From sequence record PV287714.1: a DNA stretch of 64,000 nt. The stretch is one strand, 5' to 3'. The notes beneath the pieces are model-generated. The model was not told the origin of the DNA and ran no database searches. It worked only from the letters and a program-made list of their open reading frames with translations. Position 1 is the stretch's first letter. Each line of letters opens with the position of its first letter. The DNA is from Escherichia phage HMD-9. Both the position numbers and the translations under genes were made by a program. Below, piece by piece: positions 44,334 to 54,632 of the stretch.

Positions 44334-44587
44334 CATTATGTTCAGATAAGGTCGTTAATCTTATCCCGGAATTATATCCAGCTGCATGTCACCATACAGA
44401 TCAGACTATATCTCCATCTTGATGAAGCAAGATGTCTATCGTTTCGAGTCACTTGACCCTACTCCCCAAAGGGATAGTCGTTAGGCATTTAGTTCAAAAG
44501 AACATTTAGCACGGGATTGTCTACTAGAGAGGTTCCCCGTTTAGATAGATTACAAGTATAAGTCACCTTATACTCAGGCCTCAATTA
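44334..44587 (-). ncRNA. group I self-splicing intron in td, 254 nt, without a homing-endonuclease ORF
   Basis: Minus-strand sequence TAATTGAGGCCTGAGTATAAGGTGACTTATAC...GGATATAATTCCGGGATAAGATTAACGACCTTATCTGAACATAATG matches the T4 td intron ends as recalled; where T4 carries the I-TevI loop there is only GTTCTTTTGAAC. Confidence 0.8.
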
Positions 44588-45136
44588 ACCCAAGAAAACA
44601 TCTACACTTCTTTGGTACCATTGTAAATCAAGATAACCATTACGCACATTAAACTGATAGAACATATGACAGGGCGGTAATGCCATTTGATTGATTTCAG
44701 CTGGATTCCATGCTGAAACGATTTGACGTCGATCAGTTGGTAATTTTTTAATACGATCAATAGTTTCAACTAATTGATCCACACCACCGAAATCACGCCA
44801 TTGTTTACCGTATATAGGACCAAGTTCACCACTATGATATCCTAGGTCTTTAGCCTGGTTTTCATAGTTATCGTCCCAAATAGTTTTACCTTGAATAAGA
44901 CTACCATGAGTGCGAAGACGTAAATCATTAACATTGGTAGAACCGGAAATAAACCATAGAAGCTCAGCAATGCAAGCTTTCCAAGCGAGCTTCTTAGTCG
45001 TTACTGCAGGAAAACCTTTAGTTAAATCCCAGCGTAATTTAGTACCGAACAAAGCAATTGTTCCTGTGCCTGTTCGGTCATCGGTTTCATAGCCATTTTC
45101 AAAAATGTCTTTAATTAAATCTTGGTATTGTTTCAT
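44588..45136 (-). CDS. td: thymidylate synthase, exon 1 (183 codons)
   Basis: MKQYQDLIKDIFENGYE... ending ...VDVFLG at the 5' splice site; in-frame TAA lies in the intron. Confidence 0.9.
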
Positions 45137-45180
45137 TTAGTACCTTATATAAATTATAATACATTTTATGAAGCTAATAA

Positions 45181-45528
45181 TCAATACGGTTTAGCATCAA
45201 ATTTTCTTTCAATTTCAGGCGTAAAATACAATTCTTTACCACGCTTGGAAAAGCGACCAATAATATGATAATTATTCTCATCAAACGTGATATTGCCGAT
45301 ATCCATAGCTTTCAACCAAATATCGATATTTCTGTCAAGCTTTATATCAAAATTCCAATACGGAGAATTATTACCAAAAATACTACAAGCGGATTCAGTG
45401 AAACAACTGCTATAAATCTTGTCTTTAGGAACTACTAATTGATAGACGCCTTTAATAAACTGAGGACCCTGCCATTTTGGTTGTTTCGCGTCTTTTTCTA
45501 ATAGAATAGGGTAATAATTAAAGTTCAT
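45181..45528 (-). CDS. orphan 115-aa protein encoded by an insertion between frd and td
   Basis: ORF-track start is GTG; ATG at 45528 gives MNFNYYPILLEKDAKQPKWQGPQF...; no motif recognised. Confidence 0.5.
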   Translation of the reverse strand: MNFNYYPILLEKDAKQPKWQGPQFIKGVYQLVVPKDKIYSSCFTESACSIFGNNSPYWNFDIKLDRNIDIWLKAMDIGNITFDENNYHIIGRFSKRGKELYFTPEIERKFDAKPY

Positions 45529-45548
45529 ATTTTCCGCCACGTGTTATT

Positions 45549-46375
<827 letters not shown>

Positions 46376-46385
46376 ATTATTTTCC

Positions 46386-46628
46386 TTAAACAGACTTTTT
46401 CACAATTTTCCAATCAGCTTTAAACTGTTCAACGTCAGAATGGTAAATCCAGAATCCTGCGCTTTCTCCATCCTCATAAAGAGGGCATCCATCGCATTCA
46501 TCTTCCCATCCCATATCACGCAAAAGACGTTCAGCTTTTTCAACAAGTTCAGAATCTTTACCGATGATATTAAAATACCATTTACCCCTAACTTCTGAAT
46601 CTTTAATGCTCTGACGTTGTAATCTCAT
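46386..46628 (-). CDS. hypothetical small protein
   Basis: 80-aa ORF with AAGGAGAA RBS downstream of an early promoter. Confidence 0.5.
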   Translation of the reverse strand: MRLQRQSIKDSEVRGKWYFNIIGKDSELVEKAERLLRDMGWEDECDGCPLYEDGESAGFWIYHSDVEQFKADWKIVKKSV

Positions 46629-46653
46629 TTTATTCTCCTTAGTTGATAGGGTA

Positions 46654-46683
46654 ATAATATCACACTACTACCCTTCTGTAAAC
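46654..46683 (-). promoter_or_regulatory. early promoter (GTTTAC -35, TATTAT -10)
   Basis: Minus strand GTTTAC-N18-TATTAT. Confidence 0.45.
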
Positions 46684-47063
46684 TACTTTTTGAAAGTTTT
46701 TCGCAAAAGTTCAATGATTTCATCTACATTGTTTTCGTCAACAATGCAGTGAATTTTTGTTACGCCAGAAACCTTGTCTTCGACTTCGTCTTCTTCAGAA
46801 GTCGGTTCTTTATACTCACGAAAACAATGAAATTCGTCTTCGCAAATTTCTAAAAGTCTATCTTTGAGATAAAAATGCTTTCCATTTGCGCATTCAATGT
46901 GTTTTACTGCTTTATATCCATTAGCGAAGGAAACTTCTTTAACTTCAAACCATCCGCCATTATCTCGAATAGCTTTAACTATTGATGAATTAGAACGTGG
47001 ACTATAATTAATAAATGTATCAATAAGTCTTGGAACAAGTTCATACTTTCTACCAGTATACAT
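46683..47063 (-). CDS. hypothetical protein
   Basis: 126-aa ORF with GAGGAAAA RBS. Confidence 0.5.
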   Translation of the reverse strand: MYTGRKYELVPRLIDTFINYSPRSNSSIVKAIRDNGGWFEVKEVSFANGYKAVKHIECANGKHFYLKDRLLEICEDEFHCFREYKEPTSEEDEVEDKVSGVTKIHCIVDENNVDEIIELLRKTFKK

Positions 47064-47107
47064 TGCGTTTTCCTCATTTTAATAGGGGCTTGATAGCCCC
47101 TTGATAA

Positions 47108-47335
47108 TTACTGCTCAATAAATCCAGTGTAAAATTCTACATCTTCAGCATCCATACCGTCACAATATTCATTAACCATAAATTGTTTAAGACGATTTAA
47201 AGGACCTTCAATAGCAACTGAAACATTGCAGTTAGGATCATTTAGTGCGCTTGTAATACGGAGTTCAGGATAACGATTACGAATAATTTCTTCAATATAT
47301 TCAAAATCAACAACATCAATATCAATTTTAGCCAT
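47108..47335 (-). CDS. hypothetical small acidic protein
   Basis: ORF-track ORF (83 aa) trimmed to the ATG with AAAGAGGAAAA RBS (75 aa). Confidence 0.45.
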   Translation of the reverse strand: MAKIDIDVVDFEYIEEIIRNRYPELRITSALNDPNCNVSVAIEGPLNRLKQFMVNEYCDGMDAEDVEFYTGFIEQ

Positions 47336-47378
47336 GTTATTTTCCTCTTTAATCATCATCAGTATTGCCGATAGTTGT

Positions 47379-47408
47379 ATAGTACCATAGTCCTTGTTGT
47401 ATGTAAAC
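47379..47408 (-). promoter_or_regulatory. early promoter (GTTTAC -35, TACTAT -10)
   Basis: Minus strand GTTTAC-N18-TACTAT. Confidence 0.45.
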
Positions 47409-47432
47409 TGTTATGTGAAAAAATTTTTGAAA

Positions 47433-47460
47433 TAAAAAAGGGGACCTCTAGGGTCCCCAA
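47433..47460 (-). terminator. rho-independent terminator after gene 32
   Basis: GGGGACC-loop-GGTCCCC hairpin followed by TTTTTTATTT on minus strand. Confidence 0.75.
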
Positions 47461-47480
47461 TTAATTAGTAATATAATCTA

Positions 47481-48389
47481 TTAAAGGTCATTCAAAAGGT
47501 CATCCAGGTCCGTGTCATCAGCACTAGATGAACTGCCAGAGCTTGAGCTCATAAAATCATCTTCAGTTTTTGTTTTGAAGTCATCAACATTGAATGCATC
47601 CAAATCATCAGCAACTTTATCGGCTTTCTTGGCAGCAGTTGCTGCGGCACCACCCATAGCAGCAGTTCCCATAACTTGACTGAACTTAGTGCTCAGTTCT
47701 TCAAACGATTTGAATTTATCTTTAGAAGTCATTTCAGAAAGGTCAACCATTTGTTCGAACAGTTCTTTCTGGAAAGATTCATCATCAATGTTTGGAATCG
47801 CAGATTGATTCAGGAATTTAGATTCGTCGTAGTTACTAAAACCAGAAACTTGTTTAACTTTCAGTACAAAGTTAGCACCTTCCCACGGACAAGTTACATC
47901 AACCGGAGTTTCACCCATTTCAACATCAACTGCAATCATTGCATTGATTTTATCCCAGATTTTCTTACCGAAACGGTATTTAAATACTTTACCTTCATTT
48001 TCTGGAGCAGCTGGGTCTTTTACTACAAGAATGTTAGCCCAGTAAGAAATTTTACGTTTAACAAGACCGTACTCTTTATTGTCAGTATTATACAAATCAT
48101 TTTTACTGATGTACTGACATACTGGACAAGAATCGTAATCACCGTGGGTAGATGAACATGTTTCAATATACCATTTACCATTTTTCTTGAAACCGTGATT
48201 TACAAGAATTGCGAACGGTGCTTGTTCATCATTTTTAGACGGAAGAAAACGAATTACTGCTTGACCGTTACCCGCATTGTCGAGTTTCAGTTTCCACTCG
48301 CCTTTATCTTCAGAAGAAAAACCACCTTTATTTCCAGCCAGTTTAGCCATTTGTGCAGCGAGTTCAGCAGTAGATTTACGTTTAAACAT
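47481..48389 (-). CDS. 32: single-stranded DNA-binding protein
   Basis: 302-aa ORF with acidic Ser/Asp-rich C-terminal tail; size as T4 gp32. Confidence 0.95.
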   Translation of the reverse strand: MFKRKSTAELAAQMAKLAGNKGGFSSEDKGEWKLKLDNAGNGQAVIRFLPSKNDEQAPFAILVNHGFKKNGKWYIETCSSTHGDYDSCPVCQYISKNDLYNTDNKEYGLVKRKISYWANILVVKDPAAPENEGKVFKYRFGKKIWDKINAMIAVDVEMGETPVDVTCPWEGANFVLKVKQVSGFSNYDESKFLNQSAIPNIDDESFQKELFEQMVDLSEMTSKDKFKSFEELSTKFSQVMGTAAMGGAAATAAKKADKVADDLDAFNVDDFKTKTEDDFMSSSSGSSSSADDTDLDDLLNDL

Positions 48390-48458
48390 TTTTATTTCCT
48401 TTTTAATTTAATTAACAGTTGGTGCTATGACGATGTATGACCTCATAGCTGGTCAGTG
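48390..48458 (-). promoter_or_regulatory. gene 32 translational operator (pseudoknot plus AU-rich unstructured leader)
   Basis: Minus strand CACTGACCAGCTATGAGGTCATACATCGTCATAGCACC (TGACC/GGTCA and GCTATGA/TCATAGC pairings) followed by AACTGTTAATTAAATTAAAAAGGAAATAAAAATG; matches the T4 gp32 autoregulatory leader as recalled. Confidence 0.7.
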
Positions 48459-48488
48459 AGATAATTATAATCTATTTATAATAAGCAA

Positions 48489-49142
48489 TTAATACTTACA
48501 AGATTTCACAGTTTCAATAAAAACACTTTTAGCTTTCTGTGAATCAATATTTAAAATTTTTCTATAAGCCTTTAACTTTATAGAATAATTATTCCAGACT
48601 AAATTATCAGTCTGTTCATCATGTTTATCAATTATATTTAAAAACGAATCAAGCAAGATAAACGTCTCAAACGAAATTATATTCGATTGAAGTAGTTTAA
48701 AAATATAACTTGATTGAACTTTTGGATTATACTCAAAGATTTCTTTAAAAGCAGAAACTTCAACTTTTTTACTAAAATAATAAATGTTGCGAATATCTTC
48801 TTCAAACTTAAATTTAATTTGCTTTAAGCGTCCGATATATTCACGATAAAACACAAGTGCATCAGCGTCAGAGATGTCACCAATCCAAGCATCTTGGTTA
48901 GCAACAAGATTGCTTATAAAGATTAAAGCAAGTTCCTTTAATTTATATTTTTCTGATAACTTCTGGAAAAAATACTTATCCCTTCGCTTTTGATAAGCGG
49001 CATCAGACACCCGCATGCACCAATTATACTTAATTACATCATACTTTCCATTCATATGTTGTTTTATCATTAAGTATAATTTATAAACTGATTTACCATC
49101 AATGTATCTTTCACCACCAGCAGGCATGCGGAGTTTAATCAT
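48489..49142 (-). CDS. 59: helicase loader
   Basis: 217-aa ORF; size/position as T4 gp59. Confidence 0.9.
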   Translation of the reverse strand: MIKLRMPAGGERYIDGKSVYKLYLMIKQHMNGKYDVIKYNWCMRVSDAAYQKRRDKYFFQKLSEKYKLKELALIFISNLVANQDAWIGDISDADALVFYREYIGRLKQIKFKFEEDIRNIYYFSKKVEVSAFKEIFEYNPKVQSSYIFKLLQSNIISFETFILLDSFLNIIDKHDEQTDNLVWNNYSIKLKAYRKILNIDSQKAKSVFIETVKSCKY

Positions 49143-49477
49143 AGTAGAAAATCTAATGTATTAGTTTTTTCACAACGAACAACAGAAGGACGTAAAAGAT
49201 TTTCGTCAATAGCTTCTGATTGAATTTTTTCAATTATTCCCGAAGGAATAAATTTAGCAAATTGAGTTTCAGGAATAGAATTTTCTTCCAAGAATGCTGT
49301 TGTAGCTTCAAGATAACTCATTCCAAACTCTTCTACCATTTTTTCAATAATAAATCCATTTTCTTGGCGGTCAAGAAGTTTTGCTATTTCATCCTTTTCT
49401 TTCTTAATTGAAAGTTCTTTTTCTGAAAGACCGGTCTCATCGACCGGACGAATATCATTTAGAGAAAACTGTGTCAT
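49139..49477 (-). CDS. 33: late transcription co-activator
   Basis: ORF-track start is TTG; ATG gives 112 aa (T4 gp33 length). Confidence 0.85.
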   Translation of the reverse strand: MTQFSLNDIRPVDETGLSEKELSIKKEKDEIAKLLDRQENGFIIEKMVEEFGMSYLEATTAFLEENSIPETQFAKFIPSGIIEKIQSEAIDENLLRPSVVRCEKTNTLDFLL

Positions 49478-49724
49478 AAAGTTCAACTACCTCTTCAGTT
49501 TCAGCTTCAAACACATCACGGTTATCTTTATGATACAAAGCTAATAGACGATTAAACATCTTACCATCAACGCCAAGTTCATCTTTGGCACGAATTCGAA
49601 TATCTTTAATCAATTCATTATAACCAGAAATTTTCAGTTTATGGTCAGATGCTTCTTTGATAAATTTAGCTAAGTCTTCGCCATGGATAGCTTCATCAAA
49701 TTCAACCATTTCTTTTTTAGCCAT
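49455..49724 (-). CDS. dsbA: double-stranded DNA-binding protein
   Basis: 89-aa ORF; size/position as T4 DsbA. Confidence 0.8.
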   Translation of the reverse strand: MAKKEMVEFDEAIHGEDLAKFIKEASDHKLKISGYNELIKDIRIRAKDELGVDGKMFNRLLALYHKDNRDVFEAETEEVVELYDTVFSK

Positions 49725-49732
49725 TATTCACC

Positions 49733-50650
49733 TCAAAATTCATTAATGCTATTAGTTAATTTAGAAAGACCCGCTTTTACAAAATATGAATAAATTTTGC
49801 CACGCGGTGGTAATTTATATGAATTATAGTAATTCACAATGTTTGAAGCAATATTATCAGGAATATAATCAAAATCAATTAGAACTAAATTTTCTTTGTA
49901 TCGATTATATTCAGATTCGGTGAGAAGCACCTTAGCTTGCTCACGGTCATTAGCAATAGCTTCAACAATAGAGGTTTTCATTGAAGGAGTTCGTTCACCT
50001 TCAACTCTGGTAAACCAAAAGTCAGATCGTACTTTAACTGAAGCAACGTTATCCTTTTTGTCGCCTTTAAGGATTTTAGTCATACAGTCAATTTCAGCAG
50101 AACCGCTTTTAATTTTAACCCATTTCTTGTGCATCGGTGACCATTGCTTAACATTTGGATACTTATGAAGTTGAGTAAAGTCGCTATCCGATGAAATGAT
50201 TAAAATCTTATGTCCTTCTAAAGAGAACTTTTTAACAAGAACAGCAATATGGTCATCTGCTTCATACTTATCAATATCCATAACGATGTATGGCATATAA
50301 GCTTTCAATTCATCTATAACTTTATGGCTGGATTCAAAATAACCTTCCCAGTCCCAAGTAGATTCTTCTCGTGCTTTTCCACGGTTTTTCTTATAATAAT
50401 AAGCAAAATCACGACGCCAGTATCCAGATTTCGCGTTATCAATACACAACACAATTTTAGTGTATCCAAGAGTTTTTGCTTTTTTGACATTAAACTTAAT
50501 TGAGTTCAATATCAAATGACGAACCATTGATAAATTAATTTTTTCTTTATCTGGGAAGTTTACCAAAGCAGTTGAAAGCGCAATTTGACTAAAGTCAATT
50601 AAGCAGATTCCTTCTTTGTAATCTTCATCCAGCATCATTTCTAAATCCAT
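49733..50650 (-). CDS. rnh: RNase H / 5'-3' flap exonuclease
   Basis: ORF-track start is TTG; ATG with GAGG RBS gives 305 aa (T4 Rnh length). Confidence 0.9.
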   Translation of the reverse strand: MDLEMMLDEDYKEGICLIDFSQIALSTALVNFPDKEKINLSMVRHLILNSIKFNVKKAKTLGYTKIVLCIDNAKSGYWRRDFAYYYKKNRGKAREESTWDWEGYFESSHKVIDELKAYMPYIVMDIDKYEADDHIAVLVKKFSLEGHKILIISSDSDFTQLHKYPNVKQWSPMHKKWVKIKSGSAEIDCMTKILKGDKKDNVASVKVRSDFWFTRVEGERTPSMKTSIVEAIANDREQAKVLLTESEYNRYKENLVLIDFDYIPDNIASNIVNYYNSYKLPPRGKIYSYFVKAGLSKLTNSINEF

Positions 50651-50712
50651 ATGAACCTCGTTCAATTAGTGAGATTTCTATTATATACCATCCAAATCTT
50701 AAAGTAAACAAG

Positions 50713-50720
50713 TATAAATA
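50713..50720 (+). promoter_or_regulatory. late promoter TATAAATA (gene 34)
   Basis: Exact TATAAATA 34 nt upstream of gene 34 ATG. Confidence 0.65.
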
Positions 50721-50754
50721 CTTATTATTGAAAACACAATAGGAGCCCGGGAGA

Positions 50755-53700
50755 ATGGCCGAGATTAAAAGAAAGTTCAGAGCAGAAGATGGTCTGGACG
50801 CAGGTGGCGATAAAATAATCAACGTAGCTTTAGCTGATCGTACCGTAGGAACTGACGGTGTCAACGTTGATTACTTAATTCAAGAAAACACAGTTCAACA
50901 ATACGATCCAACTCGTGGATATTTAAAAGATTTTGTAATCATTTATGATAACCGCTTTTGGGCTGCTATAAATGATATTCCAAAACCAGCAGGAGCTTTT
51001 AATAGCGTACGCTGGAGAGCATTACGTACTGATGCTAATTGGACAACTGTTTCATCAGGACCTTATCAATTAAAGTCAGGCGAATCAATTTCAGTTGATA
51101 CTGCAGCCGGTAATGACATTACATTTACTTTACCATCTTCCCCAATTGATGGAGATACTATCGTTCTCCAAGACATTGGAGGAAAACCTGGAGTTAACCA
51201 AGTTTTAATTGTAGCTCCAGTACAAAGTATTGTAAACTTTAGAGGCGAACAAGTACGTTCAGTACTAATGACTCATCCAAAATCGCAGATAGTTTTAATT
51301 TTTAGTAATCGTCTGTGGCAAATGTATGTAGCTGATTATAGCAGAGAAGCTGCAGTTGTAACACCGGCAAGTCTTTATCAGGCGCAATCTAACGATTTTA
51401 TCGTGCGTAGATTTACTTCCGCTGCGCCGATTAATATTAAACTTCCGAGATTTGCTAATCATGGCGATATTATTAATTTCGTCGATTTAGATAAACTAAA
51501 TCCGCTTTATCATACAATTGTTACTACATACGATGAAACGACTTCAATACAAGAAGTTGGAACTCATTCCATTGAAGGCCGTACAACGATTGACGGTTTC
51601 TTGATGTATGATGATAATGAAAAATTATGGAGACTGTTTGACGGGGATAGTAAAGCACGTTTACGTATTATAACGACTAATTCAAACATTCGCCCAAATG
51701 AAGAAGTTATGGTATTTGGAGCGAATAACGGAACAACCCAAACAATTGAACTTCAGCTTCCAACTGATATTTCTATTGGTGATACTGTTAAAATTTCCAT
51801 GAATTACATGAGAAAAGGCCAAACAGTTAAAATCAAAGCTGCTGGTGAAGATAAAATTGCTTCTTCAGTTCAATTGCTGCAATTCCCAAAACGTTCAGAG
51901 TATCCGCCTGAAACTAAATGGGTGACTGTTCAAGAATTAGTTTTTAACGGCGAAACTAATTATGTTCCAGTTTTACAGCTTGCTTATATAGAAGATTCTG
52001 ATGGAAAATACTGGGTTGTACAACAAAACGTTCCAACTGTAGAAAGAGTTGATTCTTTAAATGATTCTACTAGAGCAAGATTAGGCGTAATAGCTTTAGC
52101 TACACAAGCTCAAGCAAATGCTGATTTAGAAAATTCTCCGCAAAAAGAATTAGCAATTACACCAGAAACATTAGCTAACCGTACTGCTACAGAAACTCGT
52201 AGAGGTATCGCAAGAATAGCAACTACTGCTCAAGTGAATCAGAACACCACATTCTCTTTTGCTGATGATATTATCATCACTCCTAAAAAGCTGAATGAAA
52301 GAACTGCCACAGAAACTCGTAGAGGCGTTGCTGAAATTGCTACGCAGCAGGAAACTAATGCAGGTACTGATGATACTACAATCATCACTCCTAAAAAGCT
52401 TCAAGCTAGACAAGGTTCTGAATCATTATCTGGTATTGTAACCTTTGTATCTACCGCAGGAGCTACTCCAGCTTCTAGTCGTGAATTAAATGGTACAAAC
52501 GTTTATAATAAAAACACTAATAATTTAGTTGTTTCGCCTAAAGCTTTGGATCAGTATAAAGCTACTCCAACCCAACAAGGTGCAGTAATTTTAGCAGTTG
52601 AAAGTGAAGTAATTGCTGGACAAAGCCAAGAAGGATGGGCAAATGCGGTTGTAACGCCAGAAACGTTACATAAAAAGACATCAACTGATGGAAGAATTGG
52701 TTTAATTGAAATTGCTACGCAAAGTGAAGTTAATACTGGAACTGATTATACTCGTGCAGTCACTCCTAAAACTTTAAATGATCGTAAAGCAACTGAAAGT
52801 TTAAGTGGTATAGCTGAAATTGCTACACAAGTTGAATTCGACGCAGGCGTCGACGATACTCGTATCTCTACACCATTAAAAATTAAAACTAGATTTAATA
52901 GTACTGATCGTACTTCTGTTGTTGCTCTATCTGGATTAGTTGAATCAGGAACTCTCTGGGACCATTATACCCTTAATATTCTTGAAGCAAATGAGACACA
53001 GCGTGGTACACTTCGCGTAGCTACACAAGTTGAAGCTGCTGCAGGAAAATTAGATAATGTTTTAATAACTCCTAAAAAGCTTTTAGGTACTAAATCTACT
53101 GAAGCACAGGAAGGTGTTATTAAAGTTGCAACCCAGTCTGAAACTGTGACTGGAACATCAGCAAATACTGCTGTATCTCCAAAAAATTTAAAGTGGATTG
53201 TGCAGAGTGAACCTACCTGGGCAGCTACTACTGCGGTAAGAGGTTTTGTTAAAACTTCATCTGGTTCAATTACGTTCGTTGGTAATGATACGGTAGGTTC
53301 AACACAGCCATTAGAATCATATGAGAAAAATAGCTATGCGGTATCACCATATGAATTAAACCGTGTATTAGCAAATTATTTGCCGTTAAAAGCAAAAGCT
53401 GCTGATACAAATTTATTGGATGGTCTAGATTCATCTCAGTTCATTCGTAGGGATATTGCACAGACGGTTAATGGTTCACTAACCTTAACCCAGCAAACGA
53501 ATCTGAGTGCCCCTCTTGTATCATCTAGTACTGGTGAATTTGGTGGTTCTTTAGCTGCTAATAGAACATTTACCATCCGTAATACCGGACTCCCGACCAA
53601 TATCATTTTCGAAAAAGGTCCTGCAACCGGTTCAAACCCGGTTCAGTCAATGAGCATCCGTGTATGGGGTAACCAGTATGGCGGCGGCTCGGATACGACT

Positions 53701-54624
53701 CGTTCTACCGTATTTGAAGTTGGTGATGAAACGTCTAATCACTTTTATTCTCAACGTAATAAAGACGGGAATATAACGTTTAGCATTAATGGTACTGTGA
53801 TGCCAAAAAATGTAACTGCTTCGGGTATGTTGAATGTGAATGGCGCTGCAGCATTCGGTAGTTCAGTTAATGTAACCGGCGAAATTATTTCCAGAAATAC
53901 AAACGCTTTCCGCGCTATCAGTAGCCAATACGGGTTCTTTATTCGTAATGATAGCTCTAATGTCTATTTTATGCTGACCGATCAAGGCGATCAGACTGGT
54001 GGATATAATGCATTACGTCCTTTAACCATTAATAATGCATCTGGTCAAGTAACGATTGGTGAAAGCTTAATTATTGCCAAAGGTGCAACTATTAACTCAG
54101 GTGGTTTAACTGTTAACTCGAGAATTCGTTCTCAAGGCACTAAAACATCTAATTTATATACTCGTGCACCAACATCTGATACTGTAGGATTCTGGTCAAT
54201 CGATGTTAATGATTCAGCTACTTATAACCAGTTCCCAGGTTATTTTAAAATGGTTGAAAAAACTAATGAAGTGACTGGGCTTCCATACTTAGAACGTGGC
54301 GAAGAAGTTAAATCTCCTGGTACACTGACTCAGTTTGGTAATACACTTGATTCGCTTTACCAAGATTGGATTACTTATCCAACGACGCCAGAAGCGCGTA
54401 CCACTCGCTGGACCCGTACATGGCAGAAAACCAAAAACTCTTGGTCAAGTTTTGTTCAGGTATTTGATGGAGGTAACCCTCCTCAGCCATCTGATATCGG
54501 TGCTTTACCATCTGATAATGCTATAATGGGGAATCTTACTATTCGTGATTTCTTACGAATTGGTAATGTTCGCATTGTTCCTGACCCAGTGAATAAATCT
54601 GTTAAATTTGAATGGATTGAATAA
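50755..54624 (+). CDS. 34: long tail fibre proximal subunit
   Basis: 1289-aa ORF; size as T4 gp34. Confidence 0.95.
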   Translation: MAEIKRKFRAEDGLDAGGDKIINVALADRTVGTDGVNVDYLIQENTVQQYDPTRGYLKDFVIIYDNRFWAAINDIPKPAGAFNSVRWRALRTDANWTTVSSGPYQLKSGESISVDTAAGNDITFTLPSSPIDGDTIVLQDIGGKPGVNQVLIVAPVQSIVNFRGEQVRSVLMTHPKSQIVLIFSNRLWQMYVADYSREAAVVTPASLYQAQSNDFIVRRFTSAAPINIKLPRFANHGDIINFVDLDKLNPLYHTIVTTYDETTSIQEVGTHSIEGRTTIDGFLMYDDNEKLWRLFDGDSKARLRIITTNSNIRPNEEVMVFGANNGTTQTIELQLPTDISIGDTVKISMNYMRKGQTVKIKAAGEDKIASSVQLLQFPKRSEYPPETKWVTVQELVFNGETNYVPVLQLAYIEDSDGKYWVVQQNVPTVERVDSLNDSTRARLGVIALATQAQANADLENSPQKELAITPETLANRTATETRRGIARIATTAQVNQNTTFSFADDIIITPKKLNERTATETRRGVAEIATQQETNAGTDDTTIITPKKLQARQGSESLSGIVTFVSTAGATPASSRELNGTNVYNKNTNNLVVSPKALDQYKATPTQQGAVILAVESEVIAGQSQEGWANAVVTPETLHKKTSTDGRIGLIEIATQSEVNTGTDYTRAVTPKTLNDRKATESLSGIAEIATQVEFDAGVDDTRISTPLKIKTRFNSTDRTSVVALSGLVESGTLWDHYTLNILEANETQRGTLRVATQVEAAAGKLDNVLITPKKLLGTKSTEAQEGVIKVATQSETVTGTSANTAVSPKNLKWIVQSEPTWAATTAVRGFVKTSSGSITFVGNDTVGSTQPLESYEKNSYAVSPYELNRVLANYLPLKAKAADTNLLDGLDSSQFIRRDIAQTVNGSLTLTQQTNLSAPLVSSSTGEFGGSLAANRTFTIRNTGLPTNIIFEKGPATGSNPVQSMSIRVWGNQYGGGSDTTRSTVFEVGDETSNHFYSQRNKDGNITFSINGTVMPKNVTASGMLNVNGAAAFGSSVNVTGEIISRNTNAFRAISSQYGFFIRNDSSNVYFMLTDQGDQTGGYNALRPLTINNASGQVTIGESLIIAKGATINSGGLTVNSRIRSQGTKTSNLYTRAPTSDTVGFWSIDVNDSATYNQFPGYFKMVEKTNEVTGLPYLERGEEVKSPGTLTQFGNTLDSLYQDWITYPTTPEARTTRWTRTWQKTKNSWSSFVQVFDGGNPPQPSDIGALPSDNAIMGNLTIRDFLRIGNVRIVPDPVNKSVKFEWIE

Positions 54625-54632
54625 GAGGTATT

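Noticed and set aside
44337-44584. Possibility that td is a frameshifted pseudogene or two separate genes
   Set aside because: The interval has the conserved td group I intron boundary sequences and the exons sum to a full-length 286-aa thymidylate synthase, so a spliced intact gene is the better reading.
47676-48155. 159-aa plus-strand ORF inside gene 32
   Set aside because: Antisense to the highly conserved gene 32; AT-rich chance ORF.
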